20,000 nucleotides of DNA from an uncultured virus (IMG/VR IMGVR_UViG_3300033487_000001) (lineage: Duplodnaviria > Heunggongvirae > Uroviricota > Caudoviricetes): the IMG/VR virus record IMGVR_UViG_3300033487_000001. One strand, written 5' to 3'. Shown here one piece after another: positions 1 to 8,337 of the stretch. The position numbers and the translations under genes were made by a program. Position 1 is the stretch's first letter, and every line of letters starts with the position of its first letter. Under the pieces are notes generated by a model. It worked only from the letters and a program-made list of their open reading frames with translations, ran no database searches and was not told the origin of the DNA.

Positions 1-351
1 CGATGAGATCGGCTCATGCCGCTCGTAGCCCGTGGCCGCGTAATCGGCAAGCCACGCCGCGATCTGATCTCCGCGGCATGAGCCGCCAGTCGGCGTATCA
101 CCGAGCACGCGTGCGGACTCCACGCCGCGCCCCACCAGCAACGACTCCATCACCAAGTGATGGGTAGTGAGCCTCCACGTAGAGGAGATCACCAGTTTGG
201 CGCCGGTGCGCCTCAAGATGGTCTGCAACACGGCGCACGCGTCAGGGTCAATCATGTTGCGCAAAATGCGACCGTTGAAAATGCCGGGATTATCCTCCAG
301 GTACTTGCCGCTGTTCAGCACTCCGTCCACGTCCAGGAAGATCACCTTCAC
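1..351 (-). CDS. HAD-superfamily phosphatase, HAD_SAK_2 (Swiss Army Knife RNA repair-like) type; runs off the window
   Basis: Not in the ORF track. GTG at 351 overlaps the upstream TGA (GTGA). Manual translation gives MKVIFLDVDGVLNSGKY...ILRRTGAKLVISSTWRL...GDTP...RGDQIAAWL, showing the DxD motif I, the ISSxWR motif and the TP/RGxxIxxWL motif typical of this family. Confidence 0.85.
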   Translation of the reverse strand, partial: MKVIFLDVDGVLNSGKYLEDNPGIFNGRILRNMIDPDACAVLQTILRRTGAKLVISSTWRLTTHHLVMESLLVGRGVESARVLGDTPTGGSCRGDQIAAWLADYAATGYERHEPISS

Positions 352-701
352 GGATTCACGTCTTTGGCTTCGGAGCCGGGTCCTTCGTCTTCGGCGCCGG
401 CACATACGCCCACGCCTCGTGGTTCACCTTGAACTTCGCCCGCTCCAGCGCTTTCACCCACCGAGCCTCTTGTGCATAGTCCATCGAATAACCTCGCCAG
501 CTCATACAGAGCTGCCTCGGTCTGCGCCACCGCCATCGCGTACCGATGCTGCAGCACCGACAGCCAGAACAAACACGCCATCGCCACGACCCACATCACG
601 ATCCGGTAGGTCTCCCATCCGGTCGACAGGGCGCGGCCCAGCACCACGCCGCTCGCCGCCAGACCCAGCCGCAGTAATACGCCTTCCGACGTTGGGCTCA
701 T
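348..701 (-). CDS. Hypothetical membrane protein with about 2 hydrophobic segments
   Basis: GGAGG upstream of ATG; abuts the upstream stop; hydrophobic stretches LLRLGLAASGVVLG and IVMWVVAMACLFWLSVL. Confidence 0.65.
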   Translation of the reverse strand: MSPTSEGVLLRLGLAASGVVLGRALSTGWETYRIVMWVVAMACLFWLSVLQHRYAMAVAQTEAALYELARLFDGLCTRGSVGESAGAGEVQGEPRGVGVCAGAEDEGPGSEAKDVNP

Positions 702-1274
702 TCAGATATCCCTCCACTTTCGGTGTCGCACGACGTTACAGAACAACTCCCCCTGCTCCAGCGCATCCTCGACCGCCACGTGCGTATGCGGCGGCAGATC
801 CTGTGTCCACGACCGCGGCATCGTCGAGCGGTCGACCATCCGCAGCGGCTTGCCGAGCACGCCGGCCGCGTACGACCTGAGGTCGATCGACCGGAAGCCG
901 AACGGCGACCCGCCGGTCGCGTATCGCGTGAGATACCAGTGCACCCACATGAAGTCGAATCCGAGCGGCGCGGCCACGAACACCGGCGCGCCCGGCAGCG
1001 TGCCGAGCCACGCGACCAGCCGCTCCATCGCCACGGACGGCGGCACGACATCGACGCGCGAGCGCGCGTACGCGTCACCCTGCTTCGACCACCATCGCTC
1101 GGTCGTGGCGTCGGCGACCGCGCCAGGCGTGAGCTCCAGGTTGACCGAGAACGCGCCGACGTTCATCAGATCCTCGTCGTACGCCACGCAGCCGATACTG
1201 AGCAGCGAGTTGATCCCCGGCAGCGGGCCGTCGGTCTCGACGTCGACCGATACGTATATCTCGCGCGCGGCCAT
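702..1274 (-). CDS. DEDDh 3'-5' exo(ribo)nuclease, RNase AS/Rv2179c-like
   Basis: ATG at 1274 in a TGATG overlap (MAAREIYVSVDVETDGP). ExoI DVE, ExoII GFD, ExoIII HTHVAVEDA; PFGFRSIDLRSY segment. Confidence 0.85.
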   Translation of the reverse strand: MAAREIYVSVDVETDGPLPGINSLLSIGCVAYDEDLMNVGAFSVNLELTPGAVADATTERWWSKQGDAYARSRVDVVPPSVAMERLVAWLGTLPGAPVFVAAPLGFDFMWVHWYLTRYATGGSPFGFRSIDLRSYAAGVLGKPLRMVDRSTMPRSWTQDLPPHTHVAVEDALEQGELFCNVVRHRKWRDI

Positions 1275-1846
1275 CAGCACTCCACCTTGTCGATGCTGTA
1301 AAACTTGGCTCCGACCCGCATCATCGCGAGCAGGCGGCGGTACACCTCGATCGTCGTCTCGATGTCGCACAGCGCCGAATGCGGACGATCGTAGTCGACG
1401 CCGAAGTACTCGGCCAGGCATACCAGGCTCGTGGCCGGCACCTCGCCCGCAACCTCCAACGGATCAGCCAACGCCTGCGTGTCGGTGGTGCGGTGGTATA
1501 GCTCCGGGATATCTATGCAGGCCATGCGCAGCCCGCCGAGCACCATCTCGCGATCGAAGGCGATGTTGTGCCCCGACAGGCGCACGCGGTCGTTCAGGCG
1601 GAACAGAATCTGATAAAACGCATCGTCGTATCGAGATGCGCTGCGCCACTTGGCGGCGGAGTATCCGTTGACCCGCAGCGCGTCTGCGTCTACCTCGTAC
1701 AGGTCTTCGCGCAGCTCGATCTGCGACGCGTACGTGTCCAACACCTCGGACGCGTCGGGCGTCGTCAGCACCATCGCGATCTCGATGACGCCGTGTCTGG
1801 CTGGGTCGAGACCCGTGGTCTCCGTGTCGATCCAGAGCTTGTTCAT
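1274..1846 (-). CDS. DEDDh 3'-5' exonuclease, DnaQ/RNase T/oligoribonuclease-like
   Basis: ExoI WIDTETTGLD, ExoII GHNIAFD, ExoIII HSALCD. Confidence 0.9.
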   Translation of the reverse strand: MNKLWIDTETTGLDPARHGVIEIAMVLTTPDASEVLDTYASQIELREDLYEVDADALRVNGYSAAKWRSASRYDDAFYQILFRLNDRVRLSGHNIAFDREMVLGGLRMACIDIPELYHRTTDTQALADPLEVAGEVPATSLVCLAEYFGVDYDRPHSALCDIETTIEVYRRLLAMMRVGAKFYSIDKVEC

Positions 1847-1865
1847 GCCGTTCTTTCTGTTGGGT

Positions 1866-2123
1866 TCACGACTTCTGCCACTCGCGAGGCGCGCCCGACC
1901 CGCCGAAGTCGGCGGACGACCCGCTGGACGCGGCGCGCCGTATCCTGCCGTCGATCTCCGCGTCGAACGCCTCGATGGCGCTCTTGATGGCGCGCTCGCG
2001 AAGCACCTCGCGGAGCCTCTCTTGCCGCATCGGCCCCGTGAGATATTCGGCCGAGACGGTCGACCAGAGACGGTACTCGATGCGGCCGTCGTCGCGGGTC
2101 CGCGCGTGGATGATCACCGCCAT
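1866..2123 (-). CDS. Hypothetical protein (85 aa)
   Basis: AGGAGG upstream of ATG; fits the gene tiling. Confidence 0.75.
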   Translation of the reverse strand: MAVIIHARTRDDGRIEYRLWSTVSAEYLTGPMRQERLREVLRERAIKSAIEAFDAEIDGRIRRAASSGSSADFGGSGAPREWQKS

Positions 2124-2139
2124 GTAGGCCTCCTGCCGA

Positions 2140-2484
2140 CTAGACGAACAGATGCAGCAGCCGACCGATACCGAGCATCAGCAACGGGAATACGATGCCG
2201 GTCCCTATCCAGTATCCAAGCACCTTGAATGCGTCGGGTGGCACCACAGTAGAGTCGTTGCGCGACCCAACATAAACATACGGAGGCACCACCAGGCTTG
2301 CGGTGAACGCGATTCCGATAGCCGATCCCAGGCTTAGTTCTCTTACGCCTAGGGGTCCGGAGATGAACCACCCCCAAGAGCACGCAAGCACGTATCCCTG
2401 TAGCACCGGGTAGACCACCGCCAGCGCCACCATCGCCAGCAGCCAGCACATTTTTCCGTACCACGTTCCAGGAAGGTTTGACAT
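2140..2484 (-). CDS. Hypothetical membrane protein (about 3 TM segments)
   Basis: AAGGAG upstream of ATG; three hydrophobic stretches. Confidence 0.8.
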   Translation of the reverse strand: MSNLPGTWYGKMCWLLAMVALAVVYPVLQGYVLACSWGWFISGPLGVRELSLGSAIGIAFTASLVVPPYVYVGSRNDSTVVPPDAFKVLGYWIGTGIVFPLLMLGIGRLLHLFV

Positions 2485-2500
2485 GCTGTTTCTCCTTGTC

Positions 2501-2523
2501 GCGTTAGACTAGCTGCCCAACGC
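2501..2523 (-). promoter_or_regulatory. Intergenic RNA stem-loop just 5' of the RBS of gene 2140-2484
   Basis: Minus strand GCGTTGGGC-AGCTA-GTCTAACGC forms a 9-bp stem with two G-U pairs; no U tract follows. Confidence 0.4.
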
Positions 2524-2566
2524 ACTCTCTTGATTCGTATCCACTCCGACGTCGCGCCGAGGACCG

Positions 2567-3238
2567 TTATTCATCCGCCTGCGCCAGATACCGATCGAGT
2601 AGCACGATCCGCTGCGTGCGATCAAAAAATGCCTCCACGCGGCCTCCGTGGAGCCGCATCAGCGCTTCGCCCGGGGTCTCGCGCATCGGCACGGCCGCGC
2701 TGATTGTTACTCTGGAATAGCTCAGGCATTGGTCGTCGGTGATACCACGCCGCGCCGCCTCTTGCTCGGCCGTAACCAGCCTCCTCCAAGCCCCATCTAC
2801 CCATCCGATGTCCGTCGCCTGAGCGCTCGGATATTCAATATCGCTAGCGGTGACTGAAAATCCGACGGAATGCGAGTGAACATTCAACGCGTCATTGAAC
2901 ATTTTCGGCTTCACCAGCGAAGCATAGACGGATCTTGACCAAGCCACGGCTTCCTGCCGGCCGCATAGCGAGGCTCCTGGACATGTCTCCCGATGGCCGT
3001 ACCGCAGGCCCGCGCGCCACAGGACGGTGCCGGCGGAGAGCGAATGCTCACGGACCAGCTCGAACACATCGAACAGACGAGATCCGTCGTGGTAGCGGAT
3101 ATCGATCGCGACCTGCAGCAGGTATTCGGACCGCACACGCACGAGGCACGCAACGCAGACGGCACGGTACCCCTCCGCCTCTTGGTCGGCGGTCAGACGC
3201 GAATCGTGCCACGTACCGCAGTCGGCGCAGCGCAACAT
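2567..3238 (-). CDS. Hypothetical protein with N-terminal CxxC...CxxC zinc finger
   Basis: ATG at 3238 (MLRCADCG) preceded by AGGA; CADC and CVAC pairs. The longer 3325 start would overlap the upstream gene. Confidence 0.7.
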   Translation of the reverse strand: MLRCADCGTWHDSRLTADQEAEGYRAVCVACLVRVRSEYLLQVAIDIRYHDGSRLFDVFELVREHSLSAGTVLWRAGLRYGHRETCPGASLCGRQEAVAWSRSVYASLVKPKMFNDALNVHSHSVGFSVTASDIEYPSAQATDIGWVDGAWRRLVTAEQEAARRGITDDQCLSYSRVTISAAVPMRETPGEALMRLHGGRVEAFFDRTQRIVLLDRYLAQADE

Positions 3239-3278
3239 GTGGTCATCCTGTCCGACCGGAGCGGGTGACAGCCACGCG

Positions 3279-3395
3279 CTACTCGTCTCGGTTCTGCAGC
3301 CACACCATGGCCACCAGCAATCCAATCATCACCACAGACAGAAGGCCGTTGCCGATTTCCGCAAAGTGTCGATCAACGAACGTCCAGAAATTCAT
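3279..3395 (-). CDS. Small single-pass membrane protein (38 aa)
   Basis: MNFWTFVDRHFAEIGNGLLSVVMIGLLVAMVWLQNRDE; GGAGG RBS and ATGA overlap with the upstream stop. Confidence 0.7.
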   Translation of the reverse strand: MNFWTFVDRHFAEIGNGLLSVVMIGLLVAMVWLQNRDE

Positions 3396-3535
3396 GTGAC
3401 CCTCCGTGTCGAGGCGTGAGTGGACACCAGTTCTTCCGCCTGGGTGCAGATGAAGACCGTGTCCACGTGCGGCGGCAGCGCCTCCGGGATATACAGCCTG
3501 GACCACGGCGAATACTTGCCAGTCTCGACCAGCAT
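3392..3535 (-). CDS. Small hypothetical protein (about 47 aa; start uncertain)
   Basis: GGAGG before ATG (MLVETGKYSPW); its stop overlaps the next start. Confidence 0.5.
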   Translation of the reverse strand: MLVETGKYSPWSRLYIPEALPPHVDTVFICTQAEELVSTHASTRRVT

Positions 3536-3608
3536 CGGACCTCCGACTTGTCCGATCGGACACGCGTCGATGGTCCATCTCGGATGCCGTGTCACTTGAA
3601 GCCACGAA

Positions 3609-4094
3609 TCACTTGCCGTCCCCGGATGGCTCGTCAAGCACGGAGAACTTCCCGGTGATCCGGTCGCGGAACGCCTGCGACATATCGATTGATTCGAACG
3701 GGAACATGCCCGCCACGCGCAGCGAGCAGATCACTAGATCTGCCAGATACTTGCCGGTGGCCGCCCGGATAGAATCCGCGTGCGACGCGGTGAAGTCGGT
3801 GTGGTCGAACTCCTCGAACAGCTCCATGAGCTTGCCGGTGGCCTTGACGATATGCTTCAGCGCGTGTTCCGCGTCGCGCTGCGGCTCGCTGCACGCGAGA
3901 AACTCGCTGGAGTAATCGTGGACTCCCCACGGCAGGTTCTCTTGCAGCAGACGCAGCGCAGCCGCTGCGCTCAGGCACGTGTTCACTCGCTTGTCTGTCA
4001 CCGCGATCTCTTCTTTGGTCATCCCGTGCGCCATGCGCGGCTCCTTCTGTTCTGATGATTCGCCAACAAAACAATCGAATTCACCGAACGCCAT
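3609..4094 (-). CDS. MazG-like (all-alpha NTP-PPase) fold protein with atypical active site
   Basis: Pattern LQ...W...HIVKATGKLME...KYLADLVICSLRVA...IDMSQAFRDRITGK parallels MazG-like L.EE.GEL.E...EELADV.IYL.RLA...IDL..A...K. In-frame ATGs with good SD at 4094 (GGAGG) and 4034 (AAGGAG). Confidence 0.55.
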   Translation of the reverse strand: MAFGEFDCFVGESSEQKEPRMAHGMTKEEIAVTDKRVNTCLSAAAALRLLQENLPWGVHDYSSEFLACSEPQRDAEHALKHIVKATGKLMELFEEFDHTDFTASHADSIRAATGKYLADLVICSLRVAGMFPFESIDMSQAFRDRITGKFSVLDEPSGDGK

Positions 4095-4130
4095 ATACGC
4101 CTCCATGTAATCAAGTAGCCTGTACGCCCG

Positions 4131-4592
4131 TCACTGCTCATCTGCGAGCCAGCCGATCGACTCAATCACGCGTTTCGCGTTGAGATAGGCTGTCGCCTCG
4201 TCTCGCCGCAGGTCACAGAACACCGGGCGCCGACCGTCGCTCTCTTGGCTCCATTGATGTCCCATCGACTCGACCGCCGACACTAGACTGCGCAGCGCTG
4301 CACCGAGTCTCGTGGCCTCGTCTCGCCACGCGTCGACGTGCCCGCCGTAGCAGTCGGCAAGCGCGTCGAGTGTCTCTCGTGCGCTCGGCTGGCTGCGCTC
4401 GTCGCGCGCGCTCTCGTAAGCCCGCAGCGCGGCCTCGAACGCGTCGCGCTCTTCGCGCATCCTGCGACCAATGGTTTCGTCAGCCGGAACGCGCGGAGGA
4501 ACGCTCGCGCACACCTCGTACGTCTCCAGCTCGACCCTGGCGACGCACCACGCGCGAAGCGCGTTGCGTACGCTCGATTCTCGGTCCGTCAT
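4131..4592 (-). CDS. Hypothetical helical protein (153 aa)
   Basis: ATG at 4592 (MTDRESS) two bases after the upstream stop, with GGAG upstream. Confidence 0.7.
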   Translation of the reverse strand: MTDRESSVRNALRAWCVARVELETYEVCASVPPRVPADETIGRRMREERDAFEAALRAYESARDERSQPSARETLDALADCYGGHVDAWRDEATRLGAALRSLVSAVESMGHQWSQESDGRRPVFCDLRRDEATAYLNAKRVIESIGWLADEQ

Positions 4593-4594
4593 GC

Positions 4595-5044
4595 TTATAC
4601 GTCTCCGTCTCCGCTGGCAACCTTGGCTTCCATCTCGCGCAGCTCCGATTCCGTCTGTGTCAGCATGTGCATGACGCACTCCGCCGCGTCTCGTCTCATC
4701 CATTCGTCGTCCGTCGACGTGGCGCTGGTAAGACATTCGACGGTCGCGCGAAGGCTGGTAGCTCGGTTGCGCAGCTCACACAGACGGTCGTTCGACTCCT
4801 CGCGAGCCCTCAACTCCGCCAGACGAGCGATCACGCGCGCTCTGAATTCAGTGTTGTCTCCTGCCGACATCGGCACAACGCGGCAGATCTCGTACCTGCG
4901 ATCTTCGTCGTAGTCCAAGGTGTCAGCCATGCATCTGACCGCGTGGTCGTAGTCCCAGCAGCCGACGCTGCTGGCTACGCCGTTGGACCCGTAGTACTGG
5001 TGTACGATATACCCGTATCGATCGTCATCGTCTGCCCTGTTCAT
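4595..5044 (-). CDS. Hypothetical protein, paralog of 5108-5563, C-terminal coiled coil
   Basis: GAGGAGG RBS; aligns by eye end to end with the neighbouring gene. Confidence 0.8.
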   Translation of the reverse strand: MNRADDDDRYGYIVHQYYGSNGVASSVGCWDYDHAVRCMADTLDYDEDRRYEICRVVPMSAGDNTEFRARVIARLAELRAREESNDRLCELRNRATSLRATVECLTSATSTDDEWMRRDAAECVMHMLTQTESELREMEAKVASGDGDV

Positions 5045-5107
5045 TGTGAACCTCCTCGCGAGTCACCGCGCACAAGACGCCATCCGAACACAAACCGGAA
5101 CGATCCG

Positions 5108-5563
5108 TCACGGCTCTGATCGGTTAAGATCCTTGGCGTGCAGGACTTTGAGCACAGCCAGATCCGACTCGGCCTTGACCAACACGGACGTCAGCGTCTC
5201 CACCGCGCTCCAGGTCGCGGCGGTACCCAGTACCGGAGACCCACCCGCGTCGCTCGTGAGCGCGTTGATGGCTCCTTTGAGATCTCTCACCCTGACGCCG
5301 AGTCGCGCCAGTTCGGCCATATCCGAATCAGCGGCACGCATCTTCTGGAGACGAGCGTGTACGCACTCTCGAAACGAATCCATCAGCTGGTCAGACGCCG
5401 CCTCCACCACCCCAAGCTCGTACGGCATACCGGCGTCGTCGTTGTCGAACATGTAATCCGCAACGCGGTCCACCGCGAGATCCCAGTCATCAAATCCATA
5501 GCTGATGCAGACGCGGCTTGCGCCGTGATACGAGTTCACGACGAACTTGATCGGATCTCCCAT
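5108..5563 (-). CDS. Hypothetical protein, paralog of 4595-5044
   Basis: AGGAGAGAGG RBS; shares V..Y.G...V..S.G..D.D.AV...AD, YE, FR..V.ARL...RA, LTS and ES.L with the neighbour. Confidence 0.8.
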   Translation of the reverse strand: MGDPIKFVVNSYHGASRVCISYGFDDWDLAVDRVADYMFDNDDAGMPYELGVVEAASDQLMDSFRECVHARLQKMRAADSDMAELARLGVRVRDLKGAINALTSDAGGSPVLGTAATWSAVETLTSVLVKAESDLAVLKVLHAKDLNRSEP

Positions 5564-5582
5564 AGCCTCTCTCCTGTTTGGT

Positions 5583-6698
5583 CTACCGACCGGGTGCGAA
5601 TCCGACAGCGGCGCCGTCGTCCGTGGCAGACGAAGCCGTAGCGCCGCGCGCTACCTTGTATACGGCGGCCAGCGTCGTTTCATTCACGAACACGTGCGTC
5701 GAATTCGGATCGATCGCGCGCAGCGCCGTCGTGGCCTCTTCCGCAGACAGCGGCCCGACGCTGATGCGCTGCGACAGGCGACCGTCGCGCAGCATGGCCG
5801 GCTCCATATCCAGCTTCTTGGCGTTGGTGGTCGCCACGATCCGCAGGTCGAGCAGCTCGCCGAGGATGCCGTCGGCCATGTTCAGCAGCGCCGAGATGCT
5901 GCTGATGTTGTCGGCCATGCGCCGCACCAGCGCCCCGTCGGCGTCTTCGAGCAGGATGACGATGGGGCAGTTGTCACGCCGGTAGAGCAGCGTCGTGATC
6001 AGGCTCGGGTGCCCCAGCTCGGTGAGCATGTCCGACGGCACCAGGACAAACTTTGCCTGCTCGACCGAAGCGGCCAACGCGCGCACCAGATAGCTCTTGC
6101 CGACACCAGCGGGCCCGTCGACGATGGTCAGTCGACCCCTCGGCGATGCGCACGACAGCTCTTCGGCGGCCCTCGCGTAGGCCGCGCGCACGTCGACCGA
6201 GTAGTTGGTTGGCACGAACGAGCCGCTGATTGTACCGAGGGGTACCAGCTGCAGCTCACCCTCGACCGTCGCCAGCACGTGGACGCGTCCGGAGGCCGGC
6301 TTGTTGGTAACCCACTTCGACGCCAGCTCGATCACCGCCTCGACGGCGTCGCGGTCGCTCGACACGGCGTCCACGTGCACCTTGCCTCCGCGGCTCCCGG
6401 TGATCTCGGCCGCTCCGTGGTCGCGCAGGAATTTTAGTGTCCACTCCTCCGTAACGCCGTCCGCGTCGTCGAAAAACAGGCGCCACCCACGGCTAGTCAT
6501 CTGCGACGCGATGCAGTCCCTTGGTACCGCCTGGGAACCAGACGTGAAGCGGCGGTACACCGCCACTATCCCCGTATCTTTCTCGCCGGCGTAGTGCAGC
6601 ATCGACGACACGTACCCCTGTATCAGGTTGGGGGATTCGCCGTGGCCCATGGACTGCGGCTGAATCGCGGGAAGGCGTGTCCAGTGAGAGTAGTACAA
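5583..6698 (-). CDS. AAA+ ATPase (classical AAA clade) with an unrecognised N-terminal domain
   Basis: Walker A GPAGVGKS, Walker B ILLEDAD, LLNMADG, sensor-1 ATTN, arginine-finger region PAMLRDGRL. TTG start with AGGAG 7 nt upstream. Confidence 0.92.
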   Translation of the reverse strand: MYYSHWTRLPAIQPQSMGHGESPNLIQGYVSSMLHYAGEKDTGIVAVYRRFTSGSQAVPRDCIASQMTSRGWRLFFDDADGVTEEWTLKFLRDHGAAEITGSRGGKVHVDAVSSDRDAVEAVIELASKWVTNKPASGRVHVLATVEGELQLVPLGTISGSFVPTNYSVDVRAAYARAAEELSCASPRGRLTIVDGPAGVGKSYLVRALAASVEQAKFVLVPSDMLTELGHPSLITTLLYRRDNCPIVILLEDADGALVRRMADNISSISALLNMADGILGELLDLRIVATTNAKKLDMEPAMLRDGRLSQRISVGPLSAEEATTALRAIDPNSTHVFVNETTLAAVYKVARGATASSATDDGAAVGFAPGR

Positions 6699-6723
6699 GG
6701 TGTTTCTCCTGTGGCAATGACGC

Positions 6724-6909
6724 CTACGCGTCAGACCGAGGCAGCCCTAGCGCATTCTCGACGTCATGCAGCGCGGCAAGCGCCTCATAGTACTTGATCA
6801 ACACGACAGGTCGCACGAGTTCGGTGACCGAAGCCGACTGCAGCTTGCGGCCGTTGACCCTCGATCGCAGGGCTTTCAAAACCGCATCAAGCTTCTCACG
6901 GTCATTCAT
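6724..6909 (-). CDS. Hypothetical protein (61 aa)
   Basis: ATGA overlap with the upstream gene. Confidence 0.65.
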   Translation of the reverse strand: MNDREKLDAVLKALRSRVNGRKLQSASVTELVRPVVLIKYYEALAALHDVENALGLPRSDA

Positions 6910-7457
6910 GTTGAACCCGGCGCGGCAGACGCGGCGCAGTCGCGCGACTCTGAATCAGCGACCGCGCCAGCGTCACGCGCCCGCGCCAGCTCCTCGTACA
7001 GCGCCACGGCCAGCTCGATCATATCGTATCCGCGGGTCGCGCGCATGACGGCTTCGTACGCGGCTTCTGCGCGCGCGCCCGTCTTGTTGAGCTTCTCCCA
7101 TGCGGCATAGCACCGGTCCGACAGGTCTGCGTTGGCCAGCATCTGCTCCCAGTAACACGTCTCGGCCACGGCCTCTGGCATGGTTTTGTCTGCCAGTGCC
7201 AGCGGATGCGGCGAACGAATGCTGCTGACGGCGAGATCTTGACCGTCGATGGACCAGTAGCAGCGATAGATCGTGCCGGGCTTGTCGTCGCGCGACGGGG
7301 CCGGATGCGCGCACTCCTTGAGTGGTCTACGAAACAGGGCGGCCGAGACCTCGTGCATCTCATCCCATGCCGAATTCCGGTCTGCTTCGGCGCGAGCGCG
7401 CTCGTCCAAGGCCAGACGGACGCGGCGCAACATGGCTTCTGTGTCAGCATCTAGCAC
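6906..7457 (-). CDS. Hypothetical protein (183 aa)
   Basis: GTG start with AGGAG RBS; fits the tiling. Confidence 0.75.
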   Translation of the reverse strand: MLDADTEAMLRRVRLALDERARAEADRNSAWDEMHEVSAALFRRPLKECAHPAPSRDDKPGTIYRCYWSIDGQDLAVSSIRSPHPLALADKTMPEAVAETCYWEQMLANADLSDRCYAAWEKLNKTGARAEAAYEAVMRATRGYDMIELAVALYEELARARDAGAVADSESRDCAASAAPGST

Positions 7458-7734
7458 TTGGTTGCTCCTGCTCTCCGGGAGCGAGTTTTTTGCCGCTCAC
7501 AAAACCGTCGCTGTTCTCGGTGATGTATACGCGGTCGCATCCGGCGAGCTCAGGAAACACAGCCACGTCTTCGGCCTGAACCCGGAAGAACGCCACCGCG
7601 TTGCCGCCCTCGTCCTCCATCTCGTCGTCGGCAAACCCCAATTGCAACTGCTCATAGTAGTACGGAACCCACGTCTCGGATCCTTGGAACTTACCCAGGG
7701 ACATGACGGCCATATCGTACTTTGCTCGGCTCAT
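7444..7734 (-). CDS. Hypothetical acidic protein (96 aa)
   Basis: GGGAG upstream of ATG; acidic ADDEMEDE segment. Confidence 0.75.
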   Translation of the reverse strand: MSRAKYDMAVMSLGKFQGSETWVPYYYEQLQLGFADDEMEDEGGNAVAFFRVQAEDVAVFPELAGCDRVYITENSDGFVSGKKLAPGEQEQPSARC

Positions 7735-7740
7735 GGTTTT

Positions 7741-7944
7741 TCATCTCCCGTCCGACGCCGTCGGCCTGCGCCGTCCATCCGAATACGTACCGCACCCTAG
7801 GCACTTCCATGCTAGTCCGCGCGCCTGTACCGCAAGCGCATCGCCGCCGCACCGACAACCTGCCATTTCGATCTTGACGCAGGCGTCCGAAGCCTGCGTC
7901 ACGTCCATGGATATACGCTGCCGCTGCCCGGCTACGGGCCGCAC
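7741..7944 (-). CDS. Small zinc-ribbon protein
   Basis: GGAGG before GTG; CRCGG...WKCLGCG. Confidence 0.6.
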   Translation of the reverse strand: MRPVAGQRQRISMDVTQASDACVKIEMAGCRCGGDALAVQARGLAWKCLGCGTYSDGRRRPTASDGR

Positions 7945-7948
7945 TTCC

Positions 7949-8308
7949 CTATTCCTCCAGCCGCTCCAGTGGAGCCAAGGCGATGCTCACCAGATACAGT
8001 TCCTCGCGCAGGATGCGAACTGATCGATTGAGCTGATGCCCGGTCATCCAGCATCGATCATACAACTTGCCGCCGACGTCTTCGCGGCCGGTCACGGGCT
8101 TCGCGATGGCCTCGGCCCGCTCGATGATGTTGGTGGCCTCTTGGTTGTGGTCCGACCTCACATACATTTTGCCTGCCTTGGCCAGTTTCTCGCGCAGCTC
8201 CTCCCGCAGCGCGGGGATGACGATGTTGGCGATATCATCGAAGCTGATGTTCTCCGGCAGTTGCGCGTGAATCATGTACGCGCGGTCGTTGTCGTCGTAC
8301 AGCCCCAT
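7949..8308 (-). CDS. Hypothetical protein (119 aa)
   Basis: AAGGAGG before ATG at 8308 (MGLYDDND); alternative GTG at 8341 overlaps the ligase stop. Confidence 0.75.
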   Translation of the reverse strand: MGLYDDNDRAYMIHAQLPENISFDDIANIVIPALREELREKLAKAGKMYVRSDHNQEATNIIERAEAIAKPVTGREDVGGKLYDRCWMTGHQLNRSVRILREELYLVSIALAPLERLEE

Positions 8309-8337
8309 CGGACCCTCCTTGGTTTGGTGCCCCGGTA

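Noticed and set aside
1275..1421. N-terminal extension of ORF 702-1421, and a possible frameshift fusion of the two exonucleases
   Set aside because: The extension overlaps the upstream exonuclease out of frame; TGATG coupling explains the junction and no slippery site is evident.
5583..6698. Calling the ATPase FtsH, ClpX or MoxR
   Set aside because: No TM segments, HEXXH protease domain or Zn finger, and the motifs fit a stand-alone classical AAA protein; no gene symbol is justified.
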